The notes under the pieces: generated by a model
The model's input: only the letters and a program-made list of their open reading frames with translations
Databases searched by the model: none
Told to the model about the DNA's origin: nothing
Source of the DNA: Elusimicrobiota bacterium
GTDB taxonomy: Bacteria > Elusimicrobiota > Elusimicrobia > UBA1565 > UBA9628
DNA: 46,517 nucleotides
Direction: 5' to 3'
NCBI GenBank assembly: GCA_016204945.1
Contig: JACQJQ010000097.1
Span: 1 to 46,517 of the forward strand
Shown here: in pieces, positions 8,442 to 17,413 of the stretch
Position numbering within the stretch: the stretch's first letter is position 1
How the letters are laid out: every line of letters starts with the position of its first letter
Position numbers and translations under genes: made by a program

Positions 8442-9385
8442 GCGGCGGCCTCGGCGTCGGCGAAGCGGCGGCCCGCGTGGTGCAGGAACGCGTCCTCGAG
8501 GCTCGGGCGCGAGAGGCTCACCGCGCGCAGGCGCCCGGGGAAGGCCTCGACGAGCTGGGGGATGAAGGCGTGCCCCGAGGCGCGCTCGAGGCGCAGCTGG
8601 CCGCCGAACGCCCGCGGCGTGACGCCGAAGCGCTTGGTGATCTCGTCGCGCAGGCCGGAGGCGTCGTCGGCCTCGATGGTGATCACGTCTCCGCCGATCT
8701 CGGCCTTGAGCGCCGCGGGCGTTCCCATGGCCACGATCTTTCCTTGATCGAGGATGGCGACGCGGTCGCAGCGGTCGCCCTCGTCCATGAGATGCGTGGT
8801 CGTCAGGATCGTCGCGCCCTCCGCCTTGAGCGCCAGCAGGTGCTCCCACAGGTCCTGGCGCGCGGCGGGGTCGAGGCCGGTCGACGGCTCATCGAGAAGA
8901 ACGACCTTCGGCTTGTGCAGCAGGCTCTTGGCGAGCTCGACGCGCCGGCGCAGCCCCCCGGACAAGGTTCCGCAGAGGTCGCCCGCGCGGGCGGCCAGGC
9001 GGTAGCGGGAGAGCATCTCGTTGATGCGCACCGTTAAGTTCGTTCCGGAAAGGCCGTAGAGCCGTCCGCCATGGACAAGGTTCTCGCGCACCGTCAATTT
9101 ATTGTCGAGAGACGGGCTCTGGAACACGACGCCGAGAAACGGGCGCGCCGACGCGGGGTCGGCGATGAGATCGCGGCCGAGGATCGTCGCCGAGCCGCTG
9201 GTCGGAGAAAGAGACGTCGCCAGGATTCGAAACAGCGTGCTCTTGCCTCCGCCGTTCGGACCCAAGAAGCCGAAGATCTCGCCCTCGGCGACGGAAAAAG
9301 AAACGTCGTTGAGCGCGCGTCGAGCGGGGGATTTTCATTTGGCGGGGTACTCGTGAAGGACGCCCTTGACGACGATCGCGCTCAT
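8438..9385 (-). pseudogene. ABC transporter ATP-binding protein interrupted by an in-frame TGA at 9335-9337
   Basis: ATG 9385 overlaps the upstream stop (ATGA) and encodes the ABC beta-1 strand MSAIVVKGVLHEYPAK. TGA follows. The same frame then continues KSPARRALNDVSFSVAEGEIFGFLGPNGGGKST (Walker A), LSGGLRRR (signature) and VLLDEPSTGLD (Walker B). The ORF-track start (TTG 9265) falls at the Leu immediately before Walker A (F-L-GPNGGGKST). Confidence 0.7.
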
Positions 9386-9957
9386 TTTTTTAATCCGGTC
9401 CACGGCGTCTCGGCATGGCCGGTTTGCTTATTGACAAAGCGCGCGGCGACGAACAGCCAGGTCGAGAAGCGGTTGAGGTAGACGACGACGCCCTCCGGCA
9501 GCGGCTCGGCCGCGGCCAGCTCGACGACCGCGCGCTCGGCGCGGCGGCTGACGGCGCGCGCCAGGTGCAGGGCGGCGCCCGCGCGCCCGCCTCCCGGAAG
9601 GATGAAGGTCTTGAGCGGAGGCAGGTCCTTGGCCCAGGCGTCGATCTCGGCCTCGAGGCGCTTCGCGGCGTCGGGGGGAAGGCCGGCGTCGAAAGGCGCG
9701 GAGAGCTGTCCGAGCTTGTCGGCGGGAGTCGCGAGCAGGGCGCCGATGACGAAGCACTCGGCCTGCGCGCGCGCCAAGCCCCGCTCGACCGAGGCGAGGG
9801 CGGGGTCCTCTCCGAGCTCCGCGCGCGCGGCGCCGAGCGCGCTGTTGAGCTCGTCGATTTCCCCGTACGCCGCCACGCGCGGATGGCTTTTGGGCACGCG
9901 GCCGCCGCCGAATAGGCCGGTCTCGCCCTTGTCGCCCGTCCGCGTGTAGATCGCCAC
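9382..9957 (-). CDS. PduO-type ATP:cob(I)alamin adenosyltransferase
   Basis: GTG start. IYTRTGDKGETGLFGG N-terminus and a C-terminal four-helix-bundle region typical of the PduO/MMAB family. Confidence 0.9.
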   Translation of the reverse strand: MAIYTRTGDKGETGLFGGGRVPKSHPRVAAYGEIDELNSALGAARAELGEDPALASVERGLARAQAECFVIGALLATPADKLGQLSAPFDAGLPPDAAKRLEAEIDAWAKDLPPLKTFILPGGGRAGAALHLARAVSRRAERAVVELAAAEPLPEGVVVYLNRFSTWLFVAARFVNKQTGHAETPWTGLKK

Positions 9958-9958
9958 T

Positions 9959-10687
9959 CTAGAACTGGGCGCCGAGCCCGAGGTCGAAGCCCGGGATGCC
10001 GTGGCGCAAGGTGTAGGCGCCGCGCAGGCTGACTAAGGGGAGTGGGTGCAGGTCCACGCCGGCCGAGAAGCGCGAGCCGCGCGCGGTGGCCTTCGCGCCG
10101 GAGACGCCCGCCGTCGCCGCCGCGCCGACCTTCACCTCGGTGACGTCGAAGCCGGCGAGAAAGAACGGCTTGACGATCGGCAGGTTCCAGGTCGCGACGG
10201 CGTTGAAGGCGCCGTGCGTCGCGCTGAAATACTTATGGTTGACCTTGTCGGCGAAGGCGGAGACCGAGACGTTCGGCAGGAAGGTGTCCACGAGCTCGGT
10301 GCGGTACAGGCCGTAGCGCAGGCCGGCGCCGTAGATCGAGGCGCCCATGGCGCTGATGCCGTGCACGATGACGTCGATCTTGAACGGCAGTCCCACGCCG
10401 ATCTCGATCAAGGGCACGCCGAAGGCCTTGACGCCCGCGTCGCGCAGGACGCGATCGTCCCGGTCCGGCCGGAACTGGACCGCGGCGACGCCGCCCGCCC
10501 AGAAGCCGGGAAGGCCCAGCGCGCGGCCGGTGTGGGCCGAGGCGCCGCCCAGCACGCCGCCCAGGTCGAGGGCGAAGGGCTTGACGTAGTCGGTCTGGAT
10601 GCGGGTTTGGAAGTCGGAGAAGGGATCGGCGTGCGCCGGCGCGGCGAGCAACGCGAGCGCGGCCAGGAGAGCGGGGATCGTTTTCAT
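9959..10687 (-). CDS. Uncharacterised outer-membrane beta-barrel protein
   Basis: Signal peptide MKTIPALLAALALLAAPAHA. Alternating Gly/aromatic strands. C-terminal ...GLGAQF ends in Phe. Confidence 0.6.
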   Translation of the reverse strand: MKTIPALLAALALLAAPAHADPFSDFQTRIQTDYVKPFALDLGGVLGGASAHTGRALGLPGFWAGGVAAVQFRPDRDDRVLRDAGVKAFGVPLIEIGVGLPFKIDVIVHGISAMGASIYGAGLRYGLYRTELVDTFLPNVSVSAFADKVNHKYFSATHGAFNAVATWNLPIVKPFFLAGFDVTEVKVGAAATAGVSGAKATARGSRFSAGVDLHPLPLVSLRGAYTLRHGIPGFDLGLGAQF

Positions 10688-10696
10688 AGGGACATT

Positions 10697-10726
10697 TTGC
10701 CAAATTCGGAACGATTGCGGTACACT
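10697..10726 (+). promoter_or_regulatory. Sigma70-like promoter TTGCCA-N18-TACACT, with the -10 box 6 nt before the PAP2 ATG
   Basis: -35 at 10697-10702, -10 at 10721-10726, ATG at 10733. It overlaps a minus-strand CAAAAT-N6-ATG (10694-10699) for the divergent barrel gene. Confidence 0.5.
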
Positions 10727-10732
10727 GCGCGG

Positions 10733-11641
10733 ATGGCATTATCCCGCGAGGACCGGTGGCTGGCGTTCTGGCTCCTGGCGGCCCTTCTCATCGCGGCGGG
10801 ATTATTCGCCGTCAACGCATTCTTCTTCCGCTACACCGGGATATCCTACTTTCCGCGCGAGTGTTGGTGGCTCGCCTTCGTCGCTCTCGATCTGGCGGTT
10901 TTTGGCTATTGGATTCGAGACCGGTCGCCGCACGCGTCGTTCGCATCCGTCAATCTCGCGTTCTACGCCCTGACGGCGGCGGTCATGGGCGTGCTCACGA
11001 CCGCGATCCAGTACTCGCCCTTCCCTCGAATAGACGACATGCTGGCGAGTTGGGACGCCAGCCTCGGTTGGGACACGGTGGCGGTTCTGCGCCGGGTGTC
11101 CGAGCGTCCGTCTCTGCGGTCCTTTCTCAATCTCTGCTACAACTCGACCGAGCTCCAGCTCGCGCTGGCGCCCTTCGTCGCGGCGCTGGCCCATGACCGC
11201 CGCCGCCTGCGCGTGCTGCTCTATGGGACCGTCTATTCCTCCATCGCGGGCAGCCTCTTCTATTATTTCTTCCCGAGCTCGGGCCCGGCCGGGGTCTTTC
11301 AAAGCCCCGACTTCCTCCCGGTCCAGCGCCTGACGCATTTAAAATTCGAGCAGGTTCATCATTTCCAGCCCGTGACGACCTTGCTCGGGGGTTTGATCGC
11401 CTTCCCATCCTTTCATGTCGCTTGGTCGGTGCTCGCGACCTACGCCGCCTTGCCGCGGCCGCGGCTGTTCGCGGCGGCCTTAATCCTGAATGCGTTCGTG
11501 ATCGCCTCGACCGTCCTGCTCGGCTGGCACTACCTGGTCGATCTTCCCGCCGGCATACTGCTCGCGCTGTCGTGCTTGTGGGCGGGGGAGGTCACGCATC
11601 GCGAGGTCTGCGATGGTCCTGGGAACGAGGTTTCAATATAA
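10733..11641 (+). CDS. PAP2-superfamily membrane phosphatase / phosphotransferase (Aur1/Ipt1-like PAP2_3)
   Basis: Polytopic. C2/C3 motifs FPSFHVAW and GWHYLVDLPAG. The track start at 10046 is an antisense shadow of the barrel gene. Confidence 0.75.
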   Translation: MALSREDRWLAFWLLAALLIAAGLFAVNAFFFRYTGISYFPRECWWLAFVALDLAVFGYWIRDRSPHASFASVNLAFYALTAAVMGVLTTAIQYSPFPRIDDMLASWDASLGWDTVAVLRRVSERPSLRSFLNLCYNSTELQLALAPFVAALAHDRRRLRVLLYGTVYSSIAGSLFYYFFPSSGPAGVFQSPDFLPVQRLTHLKFEQVHHFQPVTTLLGGLIAFPSFHVAWSVLATYAALPRPRLFAAALILNAFVIASTVLLGWHYLVDLPAGILLALSCLWAGEVTHREVCDGPGNEVSI

Positions 11642-11658
11642 TCTTCCCCCACGAACCG

Positions 11659-13311
11659 ATGCTTTTTACCCTCTTCTTCGCAGGGCTGCATTGCGCCGCA
11701 TACGCCTCGGCGCCCGCCGGCCCTTCCCTGCTGCCGTCCTCGGCGACCCGCATCGAGCGCGTGATCGTGCGCGCCGAGCACGCGCATGTCTGGGACGTTC
11801 AGCGCTCCGTCCTTATCAATGAGGCCGTGTCCGCGGGCGACCGCCTCGTCGCCCGGTTTTCCATGCGCTCGGCGGATCCTCGCGGCCGCCCCGCGCGGCT
11901 TGAAATGGTCTTCGAAGGCCGCGCTCCCCGCTACGAAAAAGCCGTGGCGCGGCACTACGCCGCCGGCCCCCGGTGGCGGACTTTCCAAGTCGCTTTTCGC
12001 GCGCTCCGGGACTACGCGCCCGGCGAAGCTGGCCTAAAGCTCCGCTTCGGCTTCGGCCCCCAGGAGCTGGAAACGGCGGAACTTTCCCTCGTCAACGCCG
12101 GCCCCGGCCGCGTCGAGGATATACCGTCCACCCCCCTCGACTATCAAGGCCGCAAGTTCGACGCGCCCTGGCGGCGGGAGGCCCTGCGCCGCATCGGCCG
12201 CCTCCGCACCGCGGAGCTTCAGGTGAGAGCGGTCGATTCCCGAGGCCGCCCGATACCCGCCGCCAAGATACGCGTACGCATGCTCCGAAGCGCCTTTCAC
12301 TTCGGGGCGGTCGTGCGCGACGGACTGCTCTTGAAGCGCCGCGCGCCGTACCGCAGGATATTGGAGGATTCCTTCAACTCCGCCGTCATCGAGAACTCGC
12401 TGAAGTGGCCGTTTTGGAACGGCAAGCGCCGGGAACGCGCCCTGGAGGAACTGCGCTGGCTCAACGAGCGCGGCCTGCGTGTTCGGGGCCATTGCCTCGT
12501 TTGGCCGGGCTGGTCGCACTTGCCGGCGGAGCTTGCCGCCTTGGACAACGCCCGCCTGGCCGAAGCGGTGATCAGCCACGTGACCGAGGAGGTCTCCACC
12601 CTCAAGGGCCTCGTCGCCGAGTGGGATGTCGTCAACGAACCCATCGATAATCGCGACCTCTTCGAGCGTCTCGGCGCGGATGCGGACGCCGCGTGGTTCT
12701 CCGCGGCGCGGGCCGCCGATCCGGGGGCTCGATTGGCCGTGAACGATTTCGGCCAGCTCGGGGACGGCGGCGGCCATCTGGCGCACAAGCGGGCTTTCGA
12801 GGCTTACGTGGACCGTCTCCTCAGGCTCCGGGCCCCCCTCGATCGGATCGGCCTGCAGGCGCACTTTGACGAGCGCCTCCCCGCGCCCGAACGCTTGCTC
12901 GCGGATCTCGACCGTTTGTCCCGCTGGGGGATGCCGCTCGAAATCACCGAACTCGAGATATCCATCGCCGATGAGCGCCTGCAGTCCGATTATCTGCGCG
13001 ACGTCCTTCTGGCGGCCTACAGCCACCCTGCCGTCTCCGGAGTGACGCTGTGGGCGCTGTGGGACGGCGGCGGCGACCGGTCTTCCGCGCTCTATCGCCG
13101 CGACTGGACGCCCAAGCCCTCCGCGCGCGCCTGGAACGACCTGGTCCGGAAAGCCTGGAGGACCGACTCCGTCGTCGAGGCCGACGCTCACGGACAGGCT
13201 CGCGTTCAGGGGCATCTCGGACTCTACGAGATCTCGGAGGAAGGCGGGGCCGCTCTGCGGATGGAACTTCCAGTCTCCGGCGCCGTCGTCACGTTAAAAC
13301 GACGGCGCTAA
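11659..13311 (+). CDS. Secreted GH10-family glycoside hydrolase (endo-beta-1,4-xylanase-like) with an N-terminal extra domain
   Basis: Signal peptide MLFTLFFAGLHCAAYASA. Acid/base motif WDVVNEP and nucleophile motif LEITELEI. TATAAT lies at 11636-11641, 17 nt upstream. Confidence 0.8.
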   Translation: MLFTLFFAGLHCAAYASAPAGPSLLPSSATRIERVIVRAEHAHVWDVQRSVLINEAVSAGDRLVARFSMRSADPRGRPARLEMVFEGRAPRYEKAVARHYAAGPRWRTFQVAFRALRDYAPGEAGLKLRFGFGPQELETAELSLVNAGPGRVEDIPSTPLDYQGRKFDAPWRREALRRIGRLRTAELQVRAVDSRGRPIPAAKIRVRMLRSAFHFGAVVRDGLLLKRRAPYRRILEDSFNSAVIENSLKWPFWNGKRRERALEELRWLNERGLRVRGHCLVWPGWSHLPAELAALDNARLAEAVISHVTEEVSTLKGLVAEWDVVNEPIDNRDLFERLGADADAAWFSAARAADPGARLAVNDFGQLGDGGGHLAHKRAFEAYVDRLLRLRAPLDRIGLQAHFDERLPAPERLLADLDRLSRWGMPLEITELEISIADERLQSDYLRDVLLAAYSHPAVSGVTLWALWDGGGDRSSALYRRDWTPKPSARAWNDLVRKAWRTDSVVEADAHGQARVQGHLGLYEISEEGGAALRMELPVSGAVVTLKRRR

Positions 13312-14357
13312 GCCGGCTCGGACGGGAGGCGCCATTCGTAGACTTCACAGCCGTCGACGACGCGTCCGGCGGGCTTGAAGTCGAAGCGGCCCAGCAAAGG
13401 CTCGATGGCGTGCTTGGTCACGGAGACGGCGTCGATCGCGCCGTGCTTCTGCATGTGTCCGGCGATGTCGATGACGCGGTCCGTCATCTCCTCCATCGGG
13501 ATCAGCTCGTCGTAAGAGACCTCGCCGGCGTTGACGCCGATGCGCAGGGCGAAGTCATGCTTGATGGTCTTCACGCGCCGATTGAATTCCGCGAGGCCGC
13601 GCACGATCTCCTGCCCCGCGCCCACGGCGTCATCCACGGAGTTGAAGCAGATCATCACTCCGTCCGGAGTCCAGGCCGACTTGAGGCTGCGATGATTGTT
13701 GAGGGCGCGCTCGACCATCTTCTTATATAAGATGAAATCGCGCTCGGCCGTCTCGCGGGCCTCGCCCAGCTTCATCCCCGTCGAATTGACGACGTCGATG
13801 GAAAGGAAGGCGACGTAACGCTTCTGCTTTTCGAGCGTTTTCTTTGTTTCGGCGTATATCTGAAGCAGCTTGCGGCGATCCAGCGACTTCCCGCTCGCCA
13901 GCGCCTTCAAGGTGTGCTGGAGGTCGACCATGTCCCCCTCGTTCACCCCGCCGTCGCGGCGCCGCCGAGCTCGCGCCGCGACCTCGGCGAGCCGCTCCGC
14001 CCAATGTCCGAGATTTGTCGACAGAACGTAAATGAAGAAGGCGAAAAGCCAGCGGGAGATATCGCTGCCTTTGAAGTTCGTGGGCATGGCGCGCTTGATC
14101 AGCGATGTCGCCGGGCGCTCCACGTCCGCCTGCGCGGCGACGAGGCGCGCATAACCGCGGTGCCTGCCCAGGTCGCTGAAAAAGGCGAGCCCGGTCGCCG
14201 CGAAGAAGATCAGCAGCTCAAGCAGCAGCGCCAGTTGCAGCGCGCGCAGCGCGTATCCTCCGCCCGCGCAGGCGGCGATTTTCGCCGTCAGCAGGCGGCG
14301 ACCGCGGTTTGCCCCGGCCGGAGCCGCGGCCTTAGCGTCGCGTGAGGTCCCACTCAT
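13308..14357 (-). CDS. Membrane-anchored class III adenylate/guanylate cyclase
   Basis: Two N-terminal TM helices, then the cyclase homology domain: VAFLSIDVVNSTGM, WTPDGVMICF, RIGVNAGEV. The start is uncertain: ATG 14357 overlaps the upstream gene by 26 nt. Confidence 0.8.
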   Translation of the reverse strand: MSGTSRDAKAAAPAGANRGRRLLTAKIAACAGGGYALRALQLALLLELLIFFAATGLAFFSDLGRHRGYARLVAAQADVERPATSLIKRAMPTNFKGSDISRWLFAFFIYVLSTNLGHWAERLAEVAARARRRRDGGVNEGDMVDLQHTLKALASGKSLDRRKLLQIYAETKKTLEKQKRYVAFLSIDVVNSTGMKLGEARETAERDFILYKKMVERALNNHRSLKSAWTPDGVMICFNSVDDAVGAGQEIVRGLAEFNRRVKTIKHDFALRIGVNAGEVSYDELIPMEEMTDRVIDIAGHMQKHGAIDAVSVTKHAIEPLLGRFDFKPAGRVVDGCEVYEWRLPSEPA

Positions 14358-15105
14358 AGAACCAGGTCAGATAGGCTTGGATCGCGCGCTCGGTGCGCTT
14401 CAACTCGGGATAGTAGCGCCAAGCCTGCTCAAGGCCGAGCTGCATGGGGCCGCGGCCGAACTCCAGGCCGGCCGCCGGCCCGTGGACGTTGAAGTAGCGC
14501 CGGTTTTCGCTGCGCAGGCGCCAGCGGTACGCGGCGAACGGAGTCACCAGGACCGCCCCGGGCAGGCGAATGATGTCGACGCCCTGCTGAACCCAGCCCT
14601 GCGTGCCGTTGCCCTCGATTCCGTCGAGGTCGCGCGTGAGCCGCCCCCAGGTCGAGAGCGGAACTCCCAGCAGTGGACCGCCGAACAGCGCCGGCTTATG
14701 TCCACGCGCCAAGTCGACGCGCTTGTACCAGGCTGCGAACAGCTCATGGTGGTCTTCGCGCAGCCCCAGTTCCGGGTACCTCTGCCAGTGGAAGTCGGTG
14801 CCCAGCGAAAGGAAGTCCTTGCTTATCTCGGCGCTCAGCGCCGGTCCATGGGCGTCGAAGTAGGGGCGATTCTGCGTCCGCGAGCGCACGCGATAGTAGG
14901 CGAAGGTCTGCAGGGGCATTTCCCCGGGGAGCATGGTCCAGGTCACGCCCTGCTTGATCCAACTCTGGACGCCCCAGCCCTCAAACCCGGAGAAATCGCG
15001 CGAAGCGTTGCCCCAAATGGCCCCGGGGTAGCCGAGCGGGGCGTAGGCGGACGCCGGCGCCGCCAGCAGCGACATCATGGCGAGGAGGCCGCTAACTCGT
15101 CGCAT
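14332..15105 (-). CDS. Secreted aromatic-rich protein built from two homologous repeats of about 100 aa (possible outer-membrane partner of the synthase)
   Basis: Signal peptide MRRVSGLLAMMSLLAAPASAYA. The internal duplication is visible by eye (see findings). Its ATG overlaps the bcsA-like stop by 14 nt. Confidence 0.6.
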   Translation of the reverse strand: MRRVSGLLAMMSLLAAPASAYAPLGYPGAIWGNASRDFSGFEGWGVQSWIKQGVTWTMLPGEMPLQTFAYYRVRSRTQNRPYFDAHGPALSAEISKDFLSLGTDFHWQRYPELGLREDHHELFAAWYKRVDLARGHKPALFGGPLLGVPLSTWGRLTRDLDGIEGNGTQGWVQQGVDIIRLPGAVLVTPFAAYRWRLRSENRRYFNVHGPAAGLEFGRGPMQLGLEQAWRYYPELKRTERAIQAYLTWFYEWDLTRR

Positions 15106-17413
15106 TTTCCAGCTCCTCGATGATCGCGGGGCTCAGGTGCTCCGGAACCAGGAATTTAAGCCCGCAATGGACGGGGCGGCCGTCGCGCAAGGCGAACTTC
15201 TGCCGGGCCCCGATCCTCGTCTCGTGCACTCGGAGGCACCGCACCTCGACCGGTTGCTCGCCCGCCAGGAAGCTGAGCGCGACGCGCTCCGGCAGGCGCG
15301 TCATCGGAGGCATCCGGATGGTGGCGCCGATGACGCTCAAGCCCACCATGCGGACGGGGATGTTCATGCTCCCGGAGCGGATGACCGCCTCTTGGTTGAG
15401 ATGGATGCGCGCGCGCGCGCGGCGCGCGCGCCGCGGCTTGCGCATGCGCGGGCGCAGCAGGGAGGAGACGATGTGGGCCATGGCGGTCAGCGAGCCGACG
15501 AACGGCCGCTCATGCTCGTCCCAGGAGTCCGGCGCGGAGAACATCTGCCTCAAGAGGCTCTCGTGCCGCTGCGGCGTCATATCCGTGAATTTAATCCCGC
15601 TCCAGCTGCCCCGGCCGCGGATGTCCTGATGCACGACCTCGCCGTCGAGCTCGGTCATCTCTCCGCTCAGCCCGTTGGCGCGGTCGTAGTCGCTGCTGTA
15701 GATGTGTATGCGGAGCACGGGCGGAAGATGTTCGTCGGTCTCCAGTTGCACCAGCGCGCCGGACTCGCCCAGCACCGCGGCGACGCCGTTGAAGCGGCGC
15801 CCGTGATAGCGCAATTCCGCCGCCAGGCTGCGGTGGACCCGGTAGCCCGCGCGCAGATTGGGCCGCTCGCGCGTTCCCTCGATGGCGCAGCCGAGCAATA
15901 TGGAGTTAAAGGATGCCCAGAGGCAGCTCAGGGAGTAGAGGTCCAGCTTGAGCCCGTACGACGCCATCCGGCGCGTCGCCAAGATGACGCCGGCGAGCAG
16001 CAGGACCAGCAGGACGGTGTGCGGCAGCACGTAGAGCCAATGGACCTGGTGCGGCCGCTGCTTGGCCTCGCCCTTCGGGGTCACCTTGAATATCAGGCGG
16101 TTCGGGTGGAGCACGGTCACGAGCGCCGTCCAGCTCAAAGAGAACGCCGAGGCGGCTTCGTAGACGTCGGACCAGAAAGGGTTCCGGAATTCCCGGCAGA
16201 TGACCAGCGCGGCCAGATGCGCGAAGACGTAGTGGGGCAGAAAGTAGGTCATCAGCGTGAACACGTCGCTGATGACGGGCTGGGTGTTGCCGTAAAGGAA
16301 CGCCAGCGGGATCAACAGGAAGACTAGACGCGCCCAGCCGTGGAAGAAATAGAGAATTGACGAGAAATAAGACAGCCTCTGGGCCAGGGAAAGCCCCGGG
16401 CACAGCAGCGGGTTGTCCAGCACGAAGAGCTGGATGCCGCCGCGCGCCCAGCGCATGCGCTGGGTGAGATAGCCGGAGTAGCTCTCCGGGGAAAGTCCGG
16501 CCGAGACGGCCCGGTTGTGATAGATGCCTTTCCAACCCTTGGCCTGGAGCCGCATGCTGGTGTGCGTGTCTTCGATGGCGCAGATCGTCTGGATGCCGCC
16601 GATCGAATCGAGCGCCGCGCGCCGGAGCACCGCCGAAGTTCCGGCGAACATGACTGAATTCGTTCTTTCCCGGCCCGGCTCGATGACCTGGAAGAACAGG
16701 TCCTGCTCGTGGACCAGCTCGTTGTCCAGGTGGAGGTTGTGTTGGAAGATATCCGGGTTGTAGAAGTGCTGAGCCGTCTGGACGAAGGCGACCTTGGAAT
16801 CCTGGAAATAGCCGATGGTCTCGCGCAGGAACGAGCGGACCGGGACGTGGTCGCAGTCGAGCGACAGGATGAACTCGCCGCGGCTGTGTCGCAGGGCGTT
16901 GTTCAGGCTGCCCGCCTTCGCGTGCCGGCGGTCGGGACGGGTCAGGTAACGGCAGCCGTATTTCGCGGCCATCTCGCGGACCGAGTCGCGCGGGCCGTCG
17001 TCGAGCACGTATATCGAGAGGCGGTCGCGGGGATAGTCGAGCGCGGCGCAGGCGACGAGAGTTACGTGGAGGACGTGCAGGGGCTCATTATAGATCGTGA
17101 TGAAAACGTCGACGGCGGGCAGCGAGCGCTCGGGAACCTCGACGATCTTGTGGCCCACCGGCTGGCGCGCCTGGAAGTAAAACAGGAAGACGGAAACGCA
17201 GCCGTAGACCTCCGCCGCCAACAGCGCGAAACTGATGGCCGCGTGCAGCGGCGTCGCCGTGTTGAGCGTCGATGCGGCCCGCCAAACCAAGTAACGGACG
17301 CTCATGAACACGCTGATCGCGATCAGCGGCTTGCGGAGATCGATGAGGGTCGCGAAAAATCTCGCCGCGCGCGGATTGTCGCGGATGATGTTGGGCTTGG
17401 TCGTTCGAGACAT
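15092..17413 (-). CDS. bcsA: Cellulose synthase catalytic subunit BcsA-like (GT2) with a C-terminal PilZ region, apparently tandem
   Basis: VFITIYNEP, VLDDG, HAKAGSLNNAL, LDCDH, IEDTHTS, QRMRWARGG. After the last TM helices comes RPNLR...LGESGALV, then RRARRARARIHL...GLSVIGATI. AAGGAAA precedes the ATG, and GATAAT lies 14 nt upstream. Confidence 0.85.
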   Translation of the reverse strand: MSRTTKPNIIRDNPRAARFFATLIDLRKPLIAISVFMSVRYLVWRAASTLNTATPLHAAISFALLAAEVYGCVSVFLFYFQARQPVGHKIVEVPERSLPAVDVFITIYNEPLHVLHVTLVACAALDYPRDRLSIYVLDDGPRDSVREMAAKYGCRYLTRPDRRHAKAGSLNNALRHSRGEFILSLDCDHVPVRSFLRETIGYFQDSKVAFVQTAQHFYNPDIFQHNLHLDNELVHEQDLFFQVIEPGRERTNSVMFAGTSAVLRRAALDSIGGIQTICAIEDTHTSMRLQAKGWKGIYHNRAVSAGLSPESYSGYLTQRMRWARGGIQLFVLDNPLLCPGLSLAQRLSYFSSILYFFHGWARLVFLLIPLAFLYGNTQPVISDVFTLMTYFLPHYVFAHLAALVICREFRNPFWSDVYEAASAFSLSWTALVTVLHPNRLIFKVTPKGEAKQRPHQVHWLYVLPHTVLLVLLLAGVILATRRMASYGLKLDLYSLSCLWASFNSILLGCAIEGTRERPNLRAGYRVHRSLAAELRYHGRRFNGVAAVLGESGALVQLETDEHLPPVLRIHIYSSDYDRANGLSGEMTELDGEVVHQDIRGRGSWSGIKFTDMTPQRHESLLRQMFSAPDSWDEHERPFVGSLTAMAHIVSSLLRPRMRKPRRARRARARIHLNQEAVIRSGSMNIPVRMVGLSVIGATIRMPPMTRLPERVALSFLAGEQPVEVRCLRVHETRIGARQKFALRDGRPVHCGLKFLVPEHLSPAIIEELENATS

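Noticed and set aside
9335-9337. The in-frame TGA read as selenocysteine, or as evidence of a reassigned genetic code (TGA as Trp or Gly).
   Set aside because: ABC ATPases are not known selenoproteins, and I see no convincing SECIS-like hairpin just downstream. TGA clearly terminates many neighbouring genes, as shown by the multiple ATGA/TTGA/GTGA junctions.
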